Source of the DNA: Escherichia phage FEC14
Sequence record: MG383452
Reading direction: 5' to 3' (one strand)
Length of the DNA: 64,000 nucleotides
The position numbers and the translations under genes are program-made. The notes below the pieces were generated by a model. It searched no databases. It had not been told where the DNA came from and saw only the letters and a list, made by a program, of their open reading frames with translations. Numbering within the stretch: position 1 is the stretch's first letter; every line of letters begins with the position of its first letter. Positions 9,949-19,491 of this stretch are shown here, one piece after another.

Positions 9949-10893
9949 GTGGAAGACTATCGCAATTTTCTAACGCAACTGCTTCAACGGGGTATTTCCC
10001 GCAAGAACAGATTTCGTGTTACAATTCCGTTGCCGCCTGGGATATTTGATTCCAATGCAACACTAGCAAATGATGGGAACGCGTATCCTTCATCTTCATC
10101 ATTTGGGGATCTGTTCAAACAAAGCGCCCGTATTGTAAACGCATTCTTTGGAGGGACAAACCAAACATCTCGTTCCCTGCAAATGATGTGTATGGTCGCA
10201 TCTTTACCTGGTACAGGGATTGACACTACTCCCATGACCAACAACGGCAACCACATTAAAATGCCGAACAACAAGACGAACATTGATCTGGAGTTGTCGT
10301 TCCTCCTCGCCAACGATTATTATGAAAAGTCGGTCATGGACAAATGGAAGAATCTGATATTCGACCCATACACAACCAAGATGGGTTATTATGAAGATTT
10401 CGTGACCGATATTTGTATAGAACAAATGGATACAGAAGATCAGGTTGTTCATCGCGTTTATGTGACTGAGGCTCACCCCATCAACTTCAGTTCTATAGAT
10501 CTGGATAAAAGCGCCGCCGATCAATTTAATCAGTACAACATTTCCTTTTCTTATAACAAAGTATTATCGGAGACTGAATATGAAACGCGCAGCCTCGCCA
10601 GCGATTTTCTTCCTTTGGGTATTACTGATGCTCTTGCTTCCGGAGACTGGGAAACCGCTGCGTCAAAAGCCGGACAGCTGTATAAAAAGATCAAAGAAGG
10701 AAACTTCACAGGTGAAGCCCTGCTGGCTTATAAGCAACTCGATCAGCTTGTAAACAATCTGGCTGGTATCAGCCTGGCTGATTTCGAAAGGATCTCTATC
10801 GGCATCCAGAGGGATATCTTAGGCAATGATAACCTGACGGCGTCTGAGAAGAGTAGTCTGTTGGGATTGTTACAGGATGTTGTCAAAAACTAA
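9949..10893 (+). CDS. late-expressed protein, probable virion (baseplate/tail) component; start uncertain
   Basis: long plus-strand frame ending 10893; first in-frame ATG is far downstream, so GTG 9949 preceded by GGAG (9937-9940) is proposed; the 9754-9948 part of the tracked ORF overlaps the minus-strand gene and is rejected. Confidence 0.45.
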   Translation: MEDYRNFLTQLLQRGISRKNRFRVTIPLPPGIFDSNATLANDGNAYPSSSSFGDLFKQSARIVNAFFGGTNQTSRSLQMMCMVASLPGTGIDTTPMTNNGNHIKMPNNKTNIDLELSFLLANDYYEKSVMDKWKNLIFDPYTTKMGYYEDFVTDICIEQMDTEDQVVHRVYVTEAHPINFSSIDLDKSAADQFNQYNISFSYNKVLSETEYETRSLASDFLPLGITDALASGDWETAASKAGQLYKKIKEGNFTGEALLAYKQLDQLVNNLAGISLADFERISIGIQRDILGNDNLTASEKSSLLGLLQDVVKN

Positions 10894-10913
10894 AAAGCCC
10901 CCGAAGGGGCTTT
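10894..10913. terminator. bidirectional rho-independent terminator between convergent genes
   Basis: hairpin AAAGCCCC-CGAA-GGGGCTTT flanked by A/T runs. Confidence 0.5.
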
Positions 10914-10920
10914 AGCGAAA

Positions 10921-11952
10921 TTAGTCTTGCTTCAGGAACTGCTCGAACTCATCAATGGAAGCCGTCTGTTTCGCATCGGCACCACCATTATTGGCTGGAA
11001 CAGATTGCTGTGCATTAGAAGGCTGAGATTGTTGTTGGTTCAGACTTTCCTGCGCTGTTGGGCGCTGTGGTTCCTGAGACTGGGTAGGCGCATGTGCCAT
11101 AGTAGAAGCACCACCTTCAACCAGAGGCTGATTATCAGGGATGGCCAGAACTTTGCGCAAACGTTTTTCCAGATCTTCGTACGATTTGAAGTTGGCCGGA
11201 TTAAAGAACTCAAACAAGCTGTGCTCTTTTTCCCAGATCTCTTCAATGTATTCGTCTGTCCCCAAAGGTGCCGGAGTATCCCACTTCACATTGGTGAAGT
11301 TGGCCACCAGGCCTTTCCAGTTTCCGAACTCTTTCTCTTCGCCGTACAGATTCAGAATCAGATTCGCGCCTTCCCACATATCGAACGGGTCGAATTTCGG
11401 GTCAGTTGAGAACTTAGGATTCTGAGCCGAATCCAGGATTTTCTTGACGGCATTACCGAACTCAAGCAAGAAGACCTTGCCGTTGTTTTCCGGATTGTTG
11501 CCATCTTTGATCACCAGGATGTTGGCGTAGTATTTGGTGTCCGGCAGACGTTTTTTGAGAACTGTTTTCAGCTTTTCATCATTCGTTTCTTTCTGTTGTG
11601 CCCACAGAGGACGGTCATGGTCACGAACAGGATCATCGTTACCGAAAGTCTGAGGAGAGTTTTCGATATACCAACCACCAGCACCCTGGAATGCGTGTTT
11701 CATGATCATGGCACACGGAGTTAACACAGCATCTTCAGGGATGGTGCCTTCTTCTTTAGCCTTCATGTCCACCAAAGGGATCGACAGGAAACGAATGATG
11801 TTTTCAGAAGTACCCTTATCATTCCAGGTCCACTTCCAGATGCGTGGGTCACGACCGCCACCAACACGCTGGCCTTGCTGAGCGAGTCGCTGTTGCATAG
11901 CTTCGGCTTGTTGGCCACGAGATTGTTTAAGACGATCAAATAAATTACCCAT
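10921..11952 (-). CDS. 32: single-stranded DNA-binding protein, T4 gp32-like
   Basis: 343 aa; YYANILVIKDGNNPENNGKVF matches T4 gp32 YWANILVVKD...ENEGKVF; acidic C-terminal tail. Confidence 0.85.
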   Translation of the reverse strand: MGNLFDRLKQSRGQQAEAMQQRLAQQGQRVGGGRDPRIWKWTWNDKGTSENIIRFLSIPLVDMKAKEEGTIPEDAVLTPCAMIMKHAFQGAGGWYIENSPQTFGNDDPVRDHDRPLWAQQKETNDEKLKTVLKKRLPDTKYYANILVIKDGNNPENNGKVFLLEFGNAVKKILDSAQNPKFSTDPKFDPFDMWEGANLILNLYGEEKEFGNWKGLVANFTNVKWDTPAPLGTDEYIEEIWEKEHSLFEFFNPANFKSYEDLEKRLRKVLAIPDNQPLVEGGASTMAHAPTQSQEPQRPTAQESLNQQQSQPSNAQQSVPANNGGADAKQTASIDEFEQFLKQD

Positions 11953-12048
11953 TTTAATATTCCTCTATAATCCGCCCCTTCGGGCTATTCTGTAAATGTA
12001 TTTGTCAATTATTCCGACGGTGTAATTATACTGCGTTTTGCTATTGAG

Positions 12049-12288
12049 TTAACCCGCAATCATTTGTTTTGCTGGGTCTATTTCAATAATGTCGTACACA
12101 TCCGAGAAGGTTTTGTGTCCTTCCAAGAATGTATGGTATTCGATGACATAGGATTTACCTTCCGGCGTCGTGTAACGTACACGATCCATATCATCAGCAT
12201 GTTCATTGAGGCTACCGTGACGCCAGCGGATAGAACCTGGCAGATACTCTTGCGCCTTCAACATTTTATAGATTTGCTCTTTGCTCAT
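12049..12288 (-). CDS. hypothetical protein (79 aa)
   Basis: ORF track. Confidence 0.4.
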   Translation of the reverse strand: MSKEQIYKMLKAQEYLPGSIRWRHGSLNEHADDMDRVRYTTPEGKSYVIEYHTFLEGHKTFSDVYDIIEIDPAKQMIAG

Positions 12289-12297
12289 GTTACAACC

Positions 12298-12540
12298 TTA
12301 AATGAGTTTTTTAGATTTCAATTCACCCTTCAACAACCGAGCATCAGAACATTCAGCTGTTAGCCTTGACAGAAGAGGAGGCGTGATCAATTTTTTGACC
12401 TTTGCTTCTTCGATGTCATACTCTTCACAAACACTGGCCATCGTTTCAAGGATTGATTCCTTGCGTTGGCTTGCTCTCATCAACACCAATTCGGAAAAAG
12501 AATCTGGTGTGAGCACTTGTGCTATTTGTTGATCAGACAT
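12298..12540 (-). CDS. hypothetical protein (80 aa)
   Basis: internal ATG (MSDQQIAQ...) with AAGGGG RBS; ATGTCTGA overlap with upstream stop; longer tracked ORF overlaps neighbour. Confidence 0.4.
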   Translation of the reverse strand: MSDQQIAQVLTPDSFSELVLMRASQRKESILETMASVCEEYDIEEAKVKKLITPPLLSRLTAECSDARLLKGELKSKKLI

Positions 12541-12778
12541 CGATTGTATTCCCCTTCCCTGATTGCTTCTTAATATGACGCAAAACGTCTTTGAAGCCAT
12601 CAGGCGCGGACTGAGGACCACGAACACCAGATACGATCTTTGGTGCTCCGATAATCATTTTTATTTCGCCGCCACATTCAGAACATGGCTCTAATTCAGG
12701 CGTGTGACGTTCAGCACAAGATTTTCGAGCACTAAACGAATTTCCACAACCTGTACAGGCATAATCATAAAACGGCAT
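12533..12778 (-). CDS. FmdB-family zinc-ribbon protein
   Basis: start MPFYDYACTGCG with GGAGG RBS; two CxxC pairs (CTGC ... CSEC). Confidence 0.5.
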   Translation of the reverse strand: MPFYDYACTGCGNSFSARKSCAERHTPELEPCSECGGEIKMIIGAPKIVSGVRGPQSAPDGFKDVLRHIKKQSGKGNTIDV

Positions 12779-13061
12779 GAATCGCCTCCAATACGTGTCG
12801 TAGAAATATAATAACTGCTCCCACCAGCGTAGAAAACAGGACAATCCTGCTTGCTTTATCACGCAGCAAAACATATTCGGCCAACATATCAGATTGATTT
12901 GCAGCTCTTACATTGACGTCACTATGTGGTGAAACCGCATAGAAAGATACCATGGCACTTAATGAATGAAGGAATGTCAAGAATCCCTTAATCCAAACAA
13001 ACGCCGTCATCAACAGCAAGGCGAAAAGCAGTATATCTGCCAGCAGCCAGTAGTTAATCAT
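12765..13061 (-). CDS. small membrane protein
   Basis: 98 aa with two strongly hydrophobic segments. Confidence 0.45.
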   Translation of the reverse strand: MINYWLLADILLFALLLMTAFVWIKGFLTFLHSLSAMVSFYAVSPHSDVNVRAANQSDMLAEYVLLRDKASRIVLFSTLVGAVIIFLRHVLEAIHAVL

Positions 13062-13665
13062 TTCTTACACCTCTATTGAAATCAGGATAATTTTCTATGA
13101 AGTAAGGACCAGAAACCATATTTGCAAACGAATCCACGAGGTCATCGATTGGCTTTGGATCCTTCACATCCAACATGTCCATTATACCGCGCATCTTAAC
13201 GTTGAACAGCTTCTCAAAGTGATCTATCATGACCAATTTGTCGGCATTTCCTTTACCACAAAAATGTTTCTTAACAAAAGACGGGGTAACAATCTGAAAT
13301 TCCATATTGTTACGGCGCATCGCTTGTTTCAATAGAGATGTGTTCTCGGCGGTTTGGCATATGTTGTTGGAGTTTTTTGAATTCCCCATAGCATAGCCTT
13401 CTAGGGTGATGAAATCCGGCTTCTCTGTAAGAAGTACGGCTTCAGCCCATTTGGAAATGTTATAAAACCGTTCTTCGGGGGATTCATATTTGGGTTGACG
13501 TAAAATAAGAATATTGTGTCGCACTTGACGACAGTGCTTCTCAACGGTATGATGTGCATAGAAATGAAGATGATCAAAATCCAGAGGATCTTTGTCGTCC
13601 CAGAAGCACATGGCTGGACAGCCGTAAGAATAGTCGATTCCGCAAAATTTCATAAAAATACCCAT
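13054..13665 (-). CDS. hypothetical protein (203 aa; start uncertain)
   Basis: ORF track; alternative ATG at 13653; weak resemblance of MKFCGIDYS to RuvC-like N-termini only. Confidence 0.4.
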   Translation of the reverse strand: MGIFMKFCGIDYSYGCPAMCFWDDKDPLDFDHLHFYAHHTVEKHCRQVRHNILILRQPKYESPEERFYNISKWAEAVLLTEKPDFITLEGYAMGNSKNSNNICQTAENTSLLKQAMRRNNMEFQIVTPSFVKKHFCGKGNADKLVMIDHFEKLFNVKMRGIMDMLDVKDPKPIDDLVDSFANMVSGPYFIENYPDFNRGVRND

Positions 13666-13702
13666 AACGAAGTTTCATTGTGTTATGGGTATTTAGACCG
13701 GA

Positions 13703-14188
13703 TTATCTGGTGACGATTTTGCTTTCCGGTAAAATCAGGCGAGGTTTGGAGTCCATTTCTTCTTGCATCTGACGTATCTGTTGCAGTAATGCAGAAGTGT
13801 CCACATGACGTTTGATCCCCCGCGCTTCATCACCATATGACACATGGCCGTTGGCGTCCACATAATGCGCGGTGCAAACCATCAAAACATAACCCAACTC
13901 ACCGACGGCAACTGTCAGATCGACCACTTCGGAAGCCAAAGACTCACCATCAACACTGAGATTGGGAGAATAATGGATTTTACCATCAGCCATAAATTCG
14001 CTATTCAGCATAATCATGCCAGCGATCGTTTGTACAACGGGGTTCCCCTGATCATCAGCAACGAAACCGTCGAATGCGCCTTCAAACCCTGGCGCAATTT
14101 CTCCCTTTTCATTTGTGATCACAGCGCGAAGGCGTTGAAGGATGACGTCTTGTACCTGCTGAATATCAGCGCGTTCTACGTTTGGCAT
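13703..14188 (-). CDS. hypothetical protein (about 161 aa)
   Basis: ATG 14188 preceded by GGAG; longer tracked ORF would overlap upstream gene by 92 nt. Confidence 0.4.
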   Translation of the reverse strand: MPNVERADIQQVQDVILQRLRAVITNEKGEIAPGFEGAFDGFVADDQGNPVVQTIAGMIMLNSEFMADGKIHYSPNLSVDGESLASEVVDLTVAVGELGYVLMVCTAHYVDANGHVSYGDEARGIKRHVDTSALLQQIRQMQEEMDSKPRLILPESKIVTR

Positions 14189-14690
14189 TATTGTTCTCCA
14201 GTTCATAATCCCGTTCTTTAACATATTCATAAAGACGAGAAGTAATTCGGTCGGCATTGCCTGTGGTATTCTTCACAACCCAACCGCTCGTAAGGACATC
14301 CATTTTATATCCGTCATCGCTATCTTGAAAATAACTTTTAATTGATTCAAGCCGACGACGTTTATGAAAATATGGTATTAATTCGCCAATGATGACACAC
14401 TCGGGATAATGCTTATCCAGAGTGTTTATGTCTCGTTGTACCCAAACCGGAATAACATCATCCTCTTCAATTGGGCTGTACGTTGGATCAACGATAATCA
14501 CATTGAATCCATAATTCAATAAATCTTTAACTCCCAGCCACCCGAATTTCATATCGGACACGGTCATGGCGACATTCTTTATCCCCAATTTATTTGCAAA
14601 ATCTGTGAGTAATACAAAAAAGTCCGTGTTTGCATCCGGATAATTAATTGCGAGTTGCTCCCCCACTTTACTGAAACAGAACGCGTGCAT
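14166..14690 (-). CDS. hypothetical protein (174 aa)
   Basis: ORF track; GAGGA RBS. Confidence 0.45.
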   Translation of the reverse strand: MHAFCFSKVGEQLAINYPDANTDFFVLLTDFANKLGIKNVAMTVSDMKFGWLGVKDLLNYGFNVIIVDPTYSPIEEDDVIPVWVQRDINTLDKHYPECVIIGELIPYFHKRRRLESIKSYFQDSDDGYKMDVLTSGWVVKNTTGNADRITSRLYEYVKERDYELENNNAKRRTR

Positions 14691-14703
14691 TTTCAGTCCT
14701 CGT

Positions 14704-14711
14704 TATAAATA
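14704..14711 (+). promoter_or_regulatory. T4-type late promoter TATAAATA
   Basis: exact TATAAATA 28 nt upstream of ATG 14740, GGAG RBS between. Confidence 0.5.
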
Positions 14712-14739
14712 CAATTACAATATACCGTGGAGATACATT

Positions 14740-15546
14740 ATGAATTTACCATCATTGCCCAAAACTGAGAGAACACATAAAAGTGATTTCTGGCCGACTG
14801 TGATCAAATACCGCGCCTTTACAGCAGGGCAACAGACCATGTTACTTCAGGTTGCTGATCCGAACACTCCTATGAGTGAGCGCGTGGCAACATTGGAGCA
14901 ACTATTTGACAGTTGTGTTGATGCTGGCGTTCCCTTTAGTAAACTGCCAATCGGTGTTACTGAAGAAGTATTTTTAAAGATGCGCTGTATATCTATCGGC
15001 GAGGTCATGAAGATACGTTACAAATGTAATAACAAAGTTCAAGCCGAAACCAATGAAGGTGGTGAAGAACCAGTTTCTGGCCTTAAAGATTGTGGTCAAG
15101 AGCTTGTGTTACCGATCCCGCTCAATCAAGTAAAATGCGTGTCCCCAGAAGGCTTCAGGGAGACGTTTGATCTACCAGGTGGTTATCATATAAAGATGCG
15201 CCAGCCGTCCTTCTCGGATGCCTCAGTGCTTAATGAAGCATCCTCTGTTGAACAAATGATTGCCACCTTTATCGATTGTCTGTATGACGACGATGGTCAG
15301 GTTTGGAAGGTGGAAAATCCGGCTGAACCTGGTATCGATCCAGAAGTTGCTAAAGAACGCCAACGCATTAAGGATGAATTTGTCAAATGGGTTGGGGACA
15401 ATATTGAATCCGAGATTGTTCAGGACATTTCGAATGATTTCTTTAAAAAGATTCCGCGTATTCGTTACGCGACAAAAATTAAATGCCCTTCGTGTGGGAA
15501 AGAACACGAAGTCAAATTTAACAGTGTCACTGAGATTTTCATTTAA
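14740..15546 (+). CDS. late protein, putative baseplate component (occupies the gene-53-like slot upstream of gene 5)
   Basis: 268 aa; late promoter; C-terminal CPSCG zinc-ribbon-like pair; function by position only. Confidence 0.45.
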   Translation: MNLPSLPKTERTHKSDFWPTVIKYRAFTAGQQTMLLQVADPNTPMSERVATLEQLFDSCVDAGVPFSKLPIGVTEEVFLKMRCISIGEVMKIRYKCNNKVQAETNEGGEEPVSGLKDCGQELVLPIPLNQVKCVSPEGFRETFDLPGGYHIKMRQPSFSDASVLNEASSVEQMIATFIDCLYDDDGQVWKVENPAEPGIDPEVAKERQRIKDEFVKWVGDNIESEIVQDISNDFFKKIPRIRYATKIKCPSCGKEHEVKFNSVTEIFI

Positions 15547-15695
15547 TTTTTGAAATTGATTTACTCTCCTATTTTGTGATGTGTGACGAATTAAAGGCAC
15601 ACGGCTATAGCATATTTGAAATCAGTGAATCGATGCCGTGGCATCTTGATTTGCTTACCGAGACACTGAAAATTAGATTGTCTAAGAAATCTTCC

Positions 15696-15722
15696 AACCC
15701 CACGTAATGTGGGGTTTTCTTT
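15696..15722 (+). terminator. rho-independent terminator
   Basis: AACCCCAC-GTAAT-GTGGGGTT hairpin followed by TTTTCTTT. Confidence 0.5.
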
Positions 15723-16052
15723 GCTTACCTGTATTACCGTTTAAGAAAGGATTGTTTAACCCGAAATTGCTATAACACCATTGTTCCTGATATGAATGTT
15801 GTGTAAATCTGTTTTGAATTTGTTTTGAAACAAAAATAATGCTTTTCTACGCATGTTCTGAGGTGTACAGTATTTTCCTCGCCTTTATGCCTCCATGGCA
15901 TTGGAATGGGACTGCCTGTCAAGGCGGTGTTACGAGCTTCAGCGAGTAGGAACGAAAAGAATAAAGGTTGAACGGAAGCAGAGCTTCCTATAATATATTA
16001 TTCGACAGATTTCAAATCCCCGCCATAAATATCACATGATTCTAATTGACTA

Positions 16053-17678
16053 ATGGGTTTCAATATGTTAGACAACTTGCGTTGGTTTTACGGGCGCGTT
16101 GAAGACGTGAATGATCCCGATCAAAACGGGCGCGTCGCAGTACGCATCTATGGGGTACACACGGAGGATACCACTCTCCTGCCTACCGAATTATTGCCTT
16201 GGGGTAAAATGCTTATGCCAGCATCTAACGCCTCCTCGGCAGGTTTAGGCTGGTCTCCGACGGGTATCACTGTCGGCTCTGACGTTATGGGGTTTGCTTT
16301 GGATGAAGCATATCAGAACATCCGTATTGCATGGGTATGGCCAGCAGCAACACCAACAGATGGGTCAGATACAAACCCATTGGCGCTGGGTCAGGTCGTT
16401 CAATCTATAGAAAGGCAGAAGTATAATGCCGTCGAGAATGTTCCTGTTAAGATTGAGGATGAACCACAACCGGATCCACAACCACCAGTAGACGGATATG
16501 ATCCTGAGAAGTGGATGACCGTGGCTCGTGGGGAATTGGGTGTCAAAGAATATTCTGGTAAGTTCAATAACAACCCAAGGATATTGGAATATCATAAGAC
16601 AACTTCCCTGGGGGCTTCAGAAGATGAAGTTAGTTGGTGCGCGTCGTTTGTCGGATGGGTTCTGATACAGGCCGGATATACATCAACACGTTCTGCTTTG
16701 GCTCGTTCATATTTACAATGGGGATCTCCTCTGTCAGAACCACGTTACGGCGCTGTTGTTGTATTCCGGCGTGGGAACAACCCAACATTTGGTCACGTCG
16801 CATTCGTTCAGAAATTTGACGCCAACTACGTCTGGTGTATCGGGGGAAACCAATCCGATTCTGTGAAGGTGAGTCGCTTCAGCCGCTCATCTGTGTTGGG
16901 TTATCGTTGGCCTGGTCCTGCTACGACAGCATCGGCGGCTCCTGCGCAACAAAATGGTAAATGGTCTGAGCCAATCCCTGATCGTACACCAAAAGTTCAG
17001 GAAACTCCGCCTCCTTCTGGCCGTGTTCAGGATATTGACAACACAGGAGAGGTATCGGTTCCTTCGGCTGGAGGGTCTCGTTATCCATACAACAATGTTA
17101 TGGCTTCTCGAGCTGGGCATATTATGGAGGTCGATGACACTCCAGGCGGGGAACGTTTGCATTGGATGCACTCTTCTGGGTCTTACAAGCAAATGCTTCC
17201 TGACGGTGATGTTGTTAATAAATCAGTCAAAGATCATTATGACCTGACGATGTTCGACAAACGTTATTATGTGGGGGGTGATCATAACCTGACAATTGGT
17301 GGGACTGAAGTACAGCGCAAGAAAGGAGAAGTTTACCACTTACACTCTTCTAACTATTCCAATGTGGTCGCTGGAACAGCGTTGATGAAATTTTCCCAAT
17401 TGGCTGAGATACAGGCACAGAACGTGTTGCGTCTCATCTGTGAAATGTTGGAAGTTTCCAATACTTTGAAAGTGCCTAAAATACTGGCTAGTGAAATAGT
17501 TTGTGATAAGTTGTCGGTGGCGCAGACTATTGAAGGCAACATCAAATATGCTGAAGGCGCTGGTCGCGCCGCCTCACGTGCGGGGGCAACTCCTGTAACA
17601 ACTACAGGCCCAGGTCCAATTGATATAAAACCGGAGTTAGAGGATAACGGTGGCAATTTTGGTGGTAAAGGCGCATGA
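16053..17678 (+). CDS. 5: baseplate hub / central spike protein, gp5-like, with CHAP-like (TIGR02594-type) peptidoglycan hydrolase domain
   Basis: N-terminus LRWFYGRVEDVNDPDQNGRVAVRIYGVH matches T4 gp5 OB-fold start; middle domain EYSGKFNNNPRILEYHKTTSL...WCASFVGWVL...GHVAFV resembles phage tail peptidase; start 16053 or 16065. Confidence 0.75.
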   Translation: MGFNMLDNLRWFYGRVEDVNDPDQNGRVAVRIYGVHTEDTTLLPTELLPWGKMLMPASNASSAGLGWSPTGITVGSDVMGFALDEAYQNIRIAWVWPAATPTDGSDTNPLALGQVVQSIERQKYNAVENVPVKIEDEPQPDPQPPVDGYDPEKWMTVARGELGVKEYSGKFNNNPRILEYHKTTSLGASEDEVSWCASFVGWVLIQAGYTSTRSALARSYLQWGSPLSEPRYGAVVVFRRGNNPTFGHVAFVQKFDANYVWCIGGNQSDSVKVSRFSRSSVLGYRWPGPATTASAAPAQQNGKWSEPIPDRTPKVQETPPPSGRVQDIDNTGEVSVPSAGGSRYPYNNVMASRAGHIMEVDDTPGGERLHWMHSSGSYKQMLPDGDVVNKSVKDHYDLTMFDKRYYVGGDHNLTIGGTEVQRKKGEVYHLHSSNYSNVVAGTALMKFSQLAEIQAQNVLRLICEMLEVSNTLKVPKILASEIVCDKLSVAQTIEGNIKYAEGAGRAASRAGATPVTTTGPGPIDIKPELEDNGGNFGGKGA

Positions 17679-17742
17679 TTACGCTGGTGAGGGCAGATAA
17701 TGCCCTCTCGTGCTGGAGAGGCAATATCCAAAGGGGTTTAAC

Positions 17743-18123
17743 ATGAAAGAGTACAAGGACATTGACCTGAAGTTTGGCATGCATCCGGTCACCAAAGATG
17801 TCACTAAGAAAACAGGCATTTATGCTGTACTACAATCTGTGCGTAATATAGTGATGTCGACGGTAGGTGATTGGCCGACGTATCCGAGTATTGGGGCGGG
17901 GTTGTATACCATGCTGGGAGAAAACACAAATCCCACGATACAGGTCGACGTGAAGAACAAAGTTGAAGATGCCATTGCTCTTTTTGAGCCAAGAGCTGAA
18001 TTGCAATCTGTTGATGTATCATTGTCGGACGATTATCATTCTCTGGGCGTAACCATCACGTTCTATGTGGTCAACAACCCAGAGCCGATAACAGACACCA
18101 TATGGTTGAAACGGACAAATTGA
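17743..18123 (+). CDS. 25: baseplate wedge protein, gp25-like
   Basis: 126 aa from ATG 17743 (AAGGGG RBS); collinear with T4 gp25 (…LFEPRAE…VDVSLSDDYHSLGVTITFYVVNNPEP). Confidence 0.7.
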   Translation: MKEYKDIDLKFGMHPVTKDVTKKTGIYAVLQSVRNIVMSTVGDWPTYPSIGAGLYTMLGENTNPTIQVDVKNKVEDAIALFEPRAELQSVDVSLSDDYHSLGVTITFYVVNNPEPITDTIWLKRTN

Positions 18124-18462
18124 TTAAAGAACGTCCGTGGCAGAGCATTTTGTCACCAACTCAAAATGAGTTAATAAACGATATAATATTTTCCCACCCG
18201 TTCTGTGGACTATGGTGGTTGGTTTCAGATTAACCACCATACCGTCCAGATTACCTGTCAACACAAATGTCAGACGGATGCGTAAGACGTTGGTGCCTTC
18301 AGAACGCATTATTTGGCAGTCATGGCTATATCCTATTTGCTTTCCCTTTAGAACCAGAGGGATACGGACATTTTCCTTTAACAGAATATCCAAATTTTCA
18401 AATAATGGACCTTCCTTTTTGTGAACAGAGTACACTGTTTCTAATATCGGGAATTTGTACAT
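18124..18462 (-). CDS. hypothetical protein (112 aa)
   Basis: ORF track. Confidence 0.4.
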   Translation of the reverse strand: MYKFPILETVYSVHKKEGPLFENLDILLKENVRIPLVLKGKQIGYSHDCQIMRSEGTNVLRIRLTFVLTGNLDGMVVNLKPTTIVHRTGGKILYRLLTHFELVTKCSATDVL

Positions 18463-18463
18463 A

Positions 18464-18925
18464 TCACGGCACCAAAGTAATGACGATCATATTGAGTACT
18501 GTATCAACCGCGACACCAGAATCTTCTTCATGGATAGTTGATGCACGTAAATGAATGTCAGAAATATAATTGTCTATATGCATCGACGTCAAATAAGGAC
18601 GGTGTTGATACACAGGACGGTTGACCTGAACATATTCACGCAGAATGCTGAATGAAAAGTCTTCACATTGAGTGGTGTCAATGCGCAAAAATCTTTGAGC
18701 ATGGCAGGTCTTTAACTCGGTCACTTTCCCCAAATAATGGAGGTCTCCGGATGAACCGATGCGGAACATCACGTCTACTTCAGATTTGAAAATTTCGCGT
18801 TCAATAAGGGTCGCTGGTGCCCAACAAACTTCTTCCTTGTCTTCAGCAAACAACGTGTCTATCACTTCTGGTAATTGGATATAACCAAAGTTGTGGCGGG
18901 GGTTGGTGAGTAATTTGTTGGACAT
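18464..18925 (-). CDS. hypothetical protein (153 aa)
   Basis: ORF track. Confidence 0.45.
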   Translation of the reverse strand: MSNKLLTNPRHNFGYIQLPEVIDTLFAEDKEEVCWAPATLIEREIFKSEVDVMFRIGSSGDLHYLGKVTELKTCHAQRFLRIDTTQCEDFSFSILREYVQVNRPVYQHRPYLTSMHIDNYISDIHLRASTIHEEDSGVAVDTVLNMIVITLVP

Positions 18926-18926
18926 G

Positions 18927-19160
18927 TTATGCTCCTATTACGTGCTGTTTGGCTTGTTCATAGGCTGTGCGGAGTTCAAGATAAGAATCTGCCAACAACG
19001 GTGATTTGTCGTTTTTCCGATTCATGATTATTTGGTGGTTAACGACAGCACGGCGTAATCTGAGTTCTGCCACCCAGAATGCTTTTTGTTTTGCGTGTCC
19101 TGGACGGGCGCGTAGGTCGTGATAATGCATAGAAGCATGATATATTTCAGAGTTGGTCAT
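18927..19160 (-). CDS. hypothetical protein (77 aa)
   Basis: ATG 19160 with AGCAGGAACTATATC upstream context; tracked ORF begins at an upstream TTG. Confidence 0.4.
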   Translation of the reverse strand: MTNSEIYHASMHYHDLRARPGHAKQKAFWVAELRLRRAVVNHQIIMNRKNDKSPLLADSYLELRTAYEQAKQHVIGA

Positions 19161-19237
19161 GATATAGTTCCTGCTATTCAATTTGTGGCGTTTGCCAATA
19201 AATTACTGGGAAGTATAGGCGGAAAGGTTTCAAAAGT

Positions 19238-19260
19238 AAAGCCCCTCATTGAGGGGCTTT
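19238..19260 (-). terminator. rho-independent terminator downstream of nrdH
   Basis: AAAGCCCCTC-ATT-GAGGGGCTTT hairpin, T-run on minus strand. Confidence 0.5.
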
Positions 19261-19266
19261 GAAAGA

Positions 19267-19491
19267 TCAGCGTTTCAAACTTGCGGCGAGTCCAGTAACG
19301 TCGGTCACGGTTTGATCAGCCAGGACAATCACGGGCATAGACATGCGCTGTTTACCAGTGATTTTCTGTAATTCTTCCAGCTTGTAATCTTTGTCTAGCT
19401 TCAGAATTTGGTGTTCAATACCGCGAATGCGACAGATGTTTTCAGCTTGTAAACATTGCGCACAACCTTGTTTGGAATAAATCGTAATCAT
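19267..19491 (-). CDS. nrdH: NrdH-like glutaredoxin
   Basis: 74 aa; MITIYSKQGCAQCLQAE with CxxC redox motif typical of NrdH redoxins; adjacent to nrdB/nrdA. Confidence 0.6.
   Translation of the reverse strand: MITIYSKQGCAQCLQAENICRIRGIEHQILKLDKDYKLEELQKITGKQRMSMPVIVLADQTVTDVTGLAASLKR

Noticed and set aside
15649-15729. Two TTTGCTTACC repeats as T4 MotA boxes (middle promoters)
   Set aside because: Differ from the (a/t)(a/t)TGCTT(t/c)A consensus at the last positions, -10 spacing is inconsistent between copies, and no MotA/AsiA genes were seen in the window.
16024-16031. CATAAATA upstream of gene 5 as a late promoter
   Set aside because: One mismatch to the strict TATAAATA consensus; kept only as a possibility in the intergenic-region finding.
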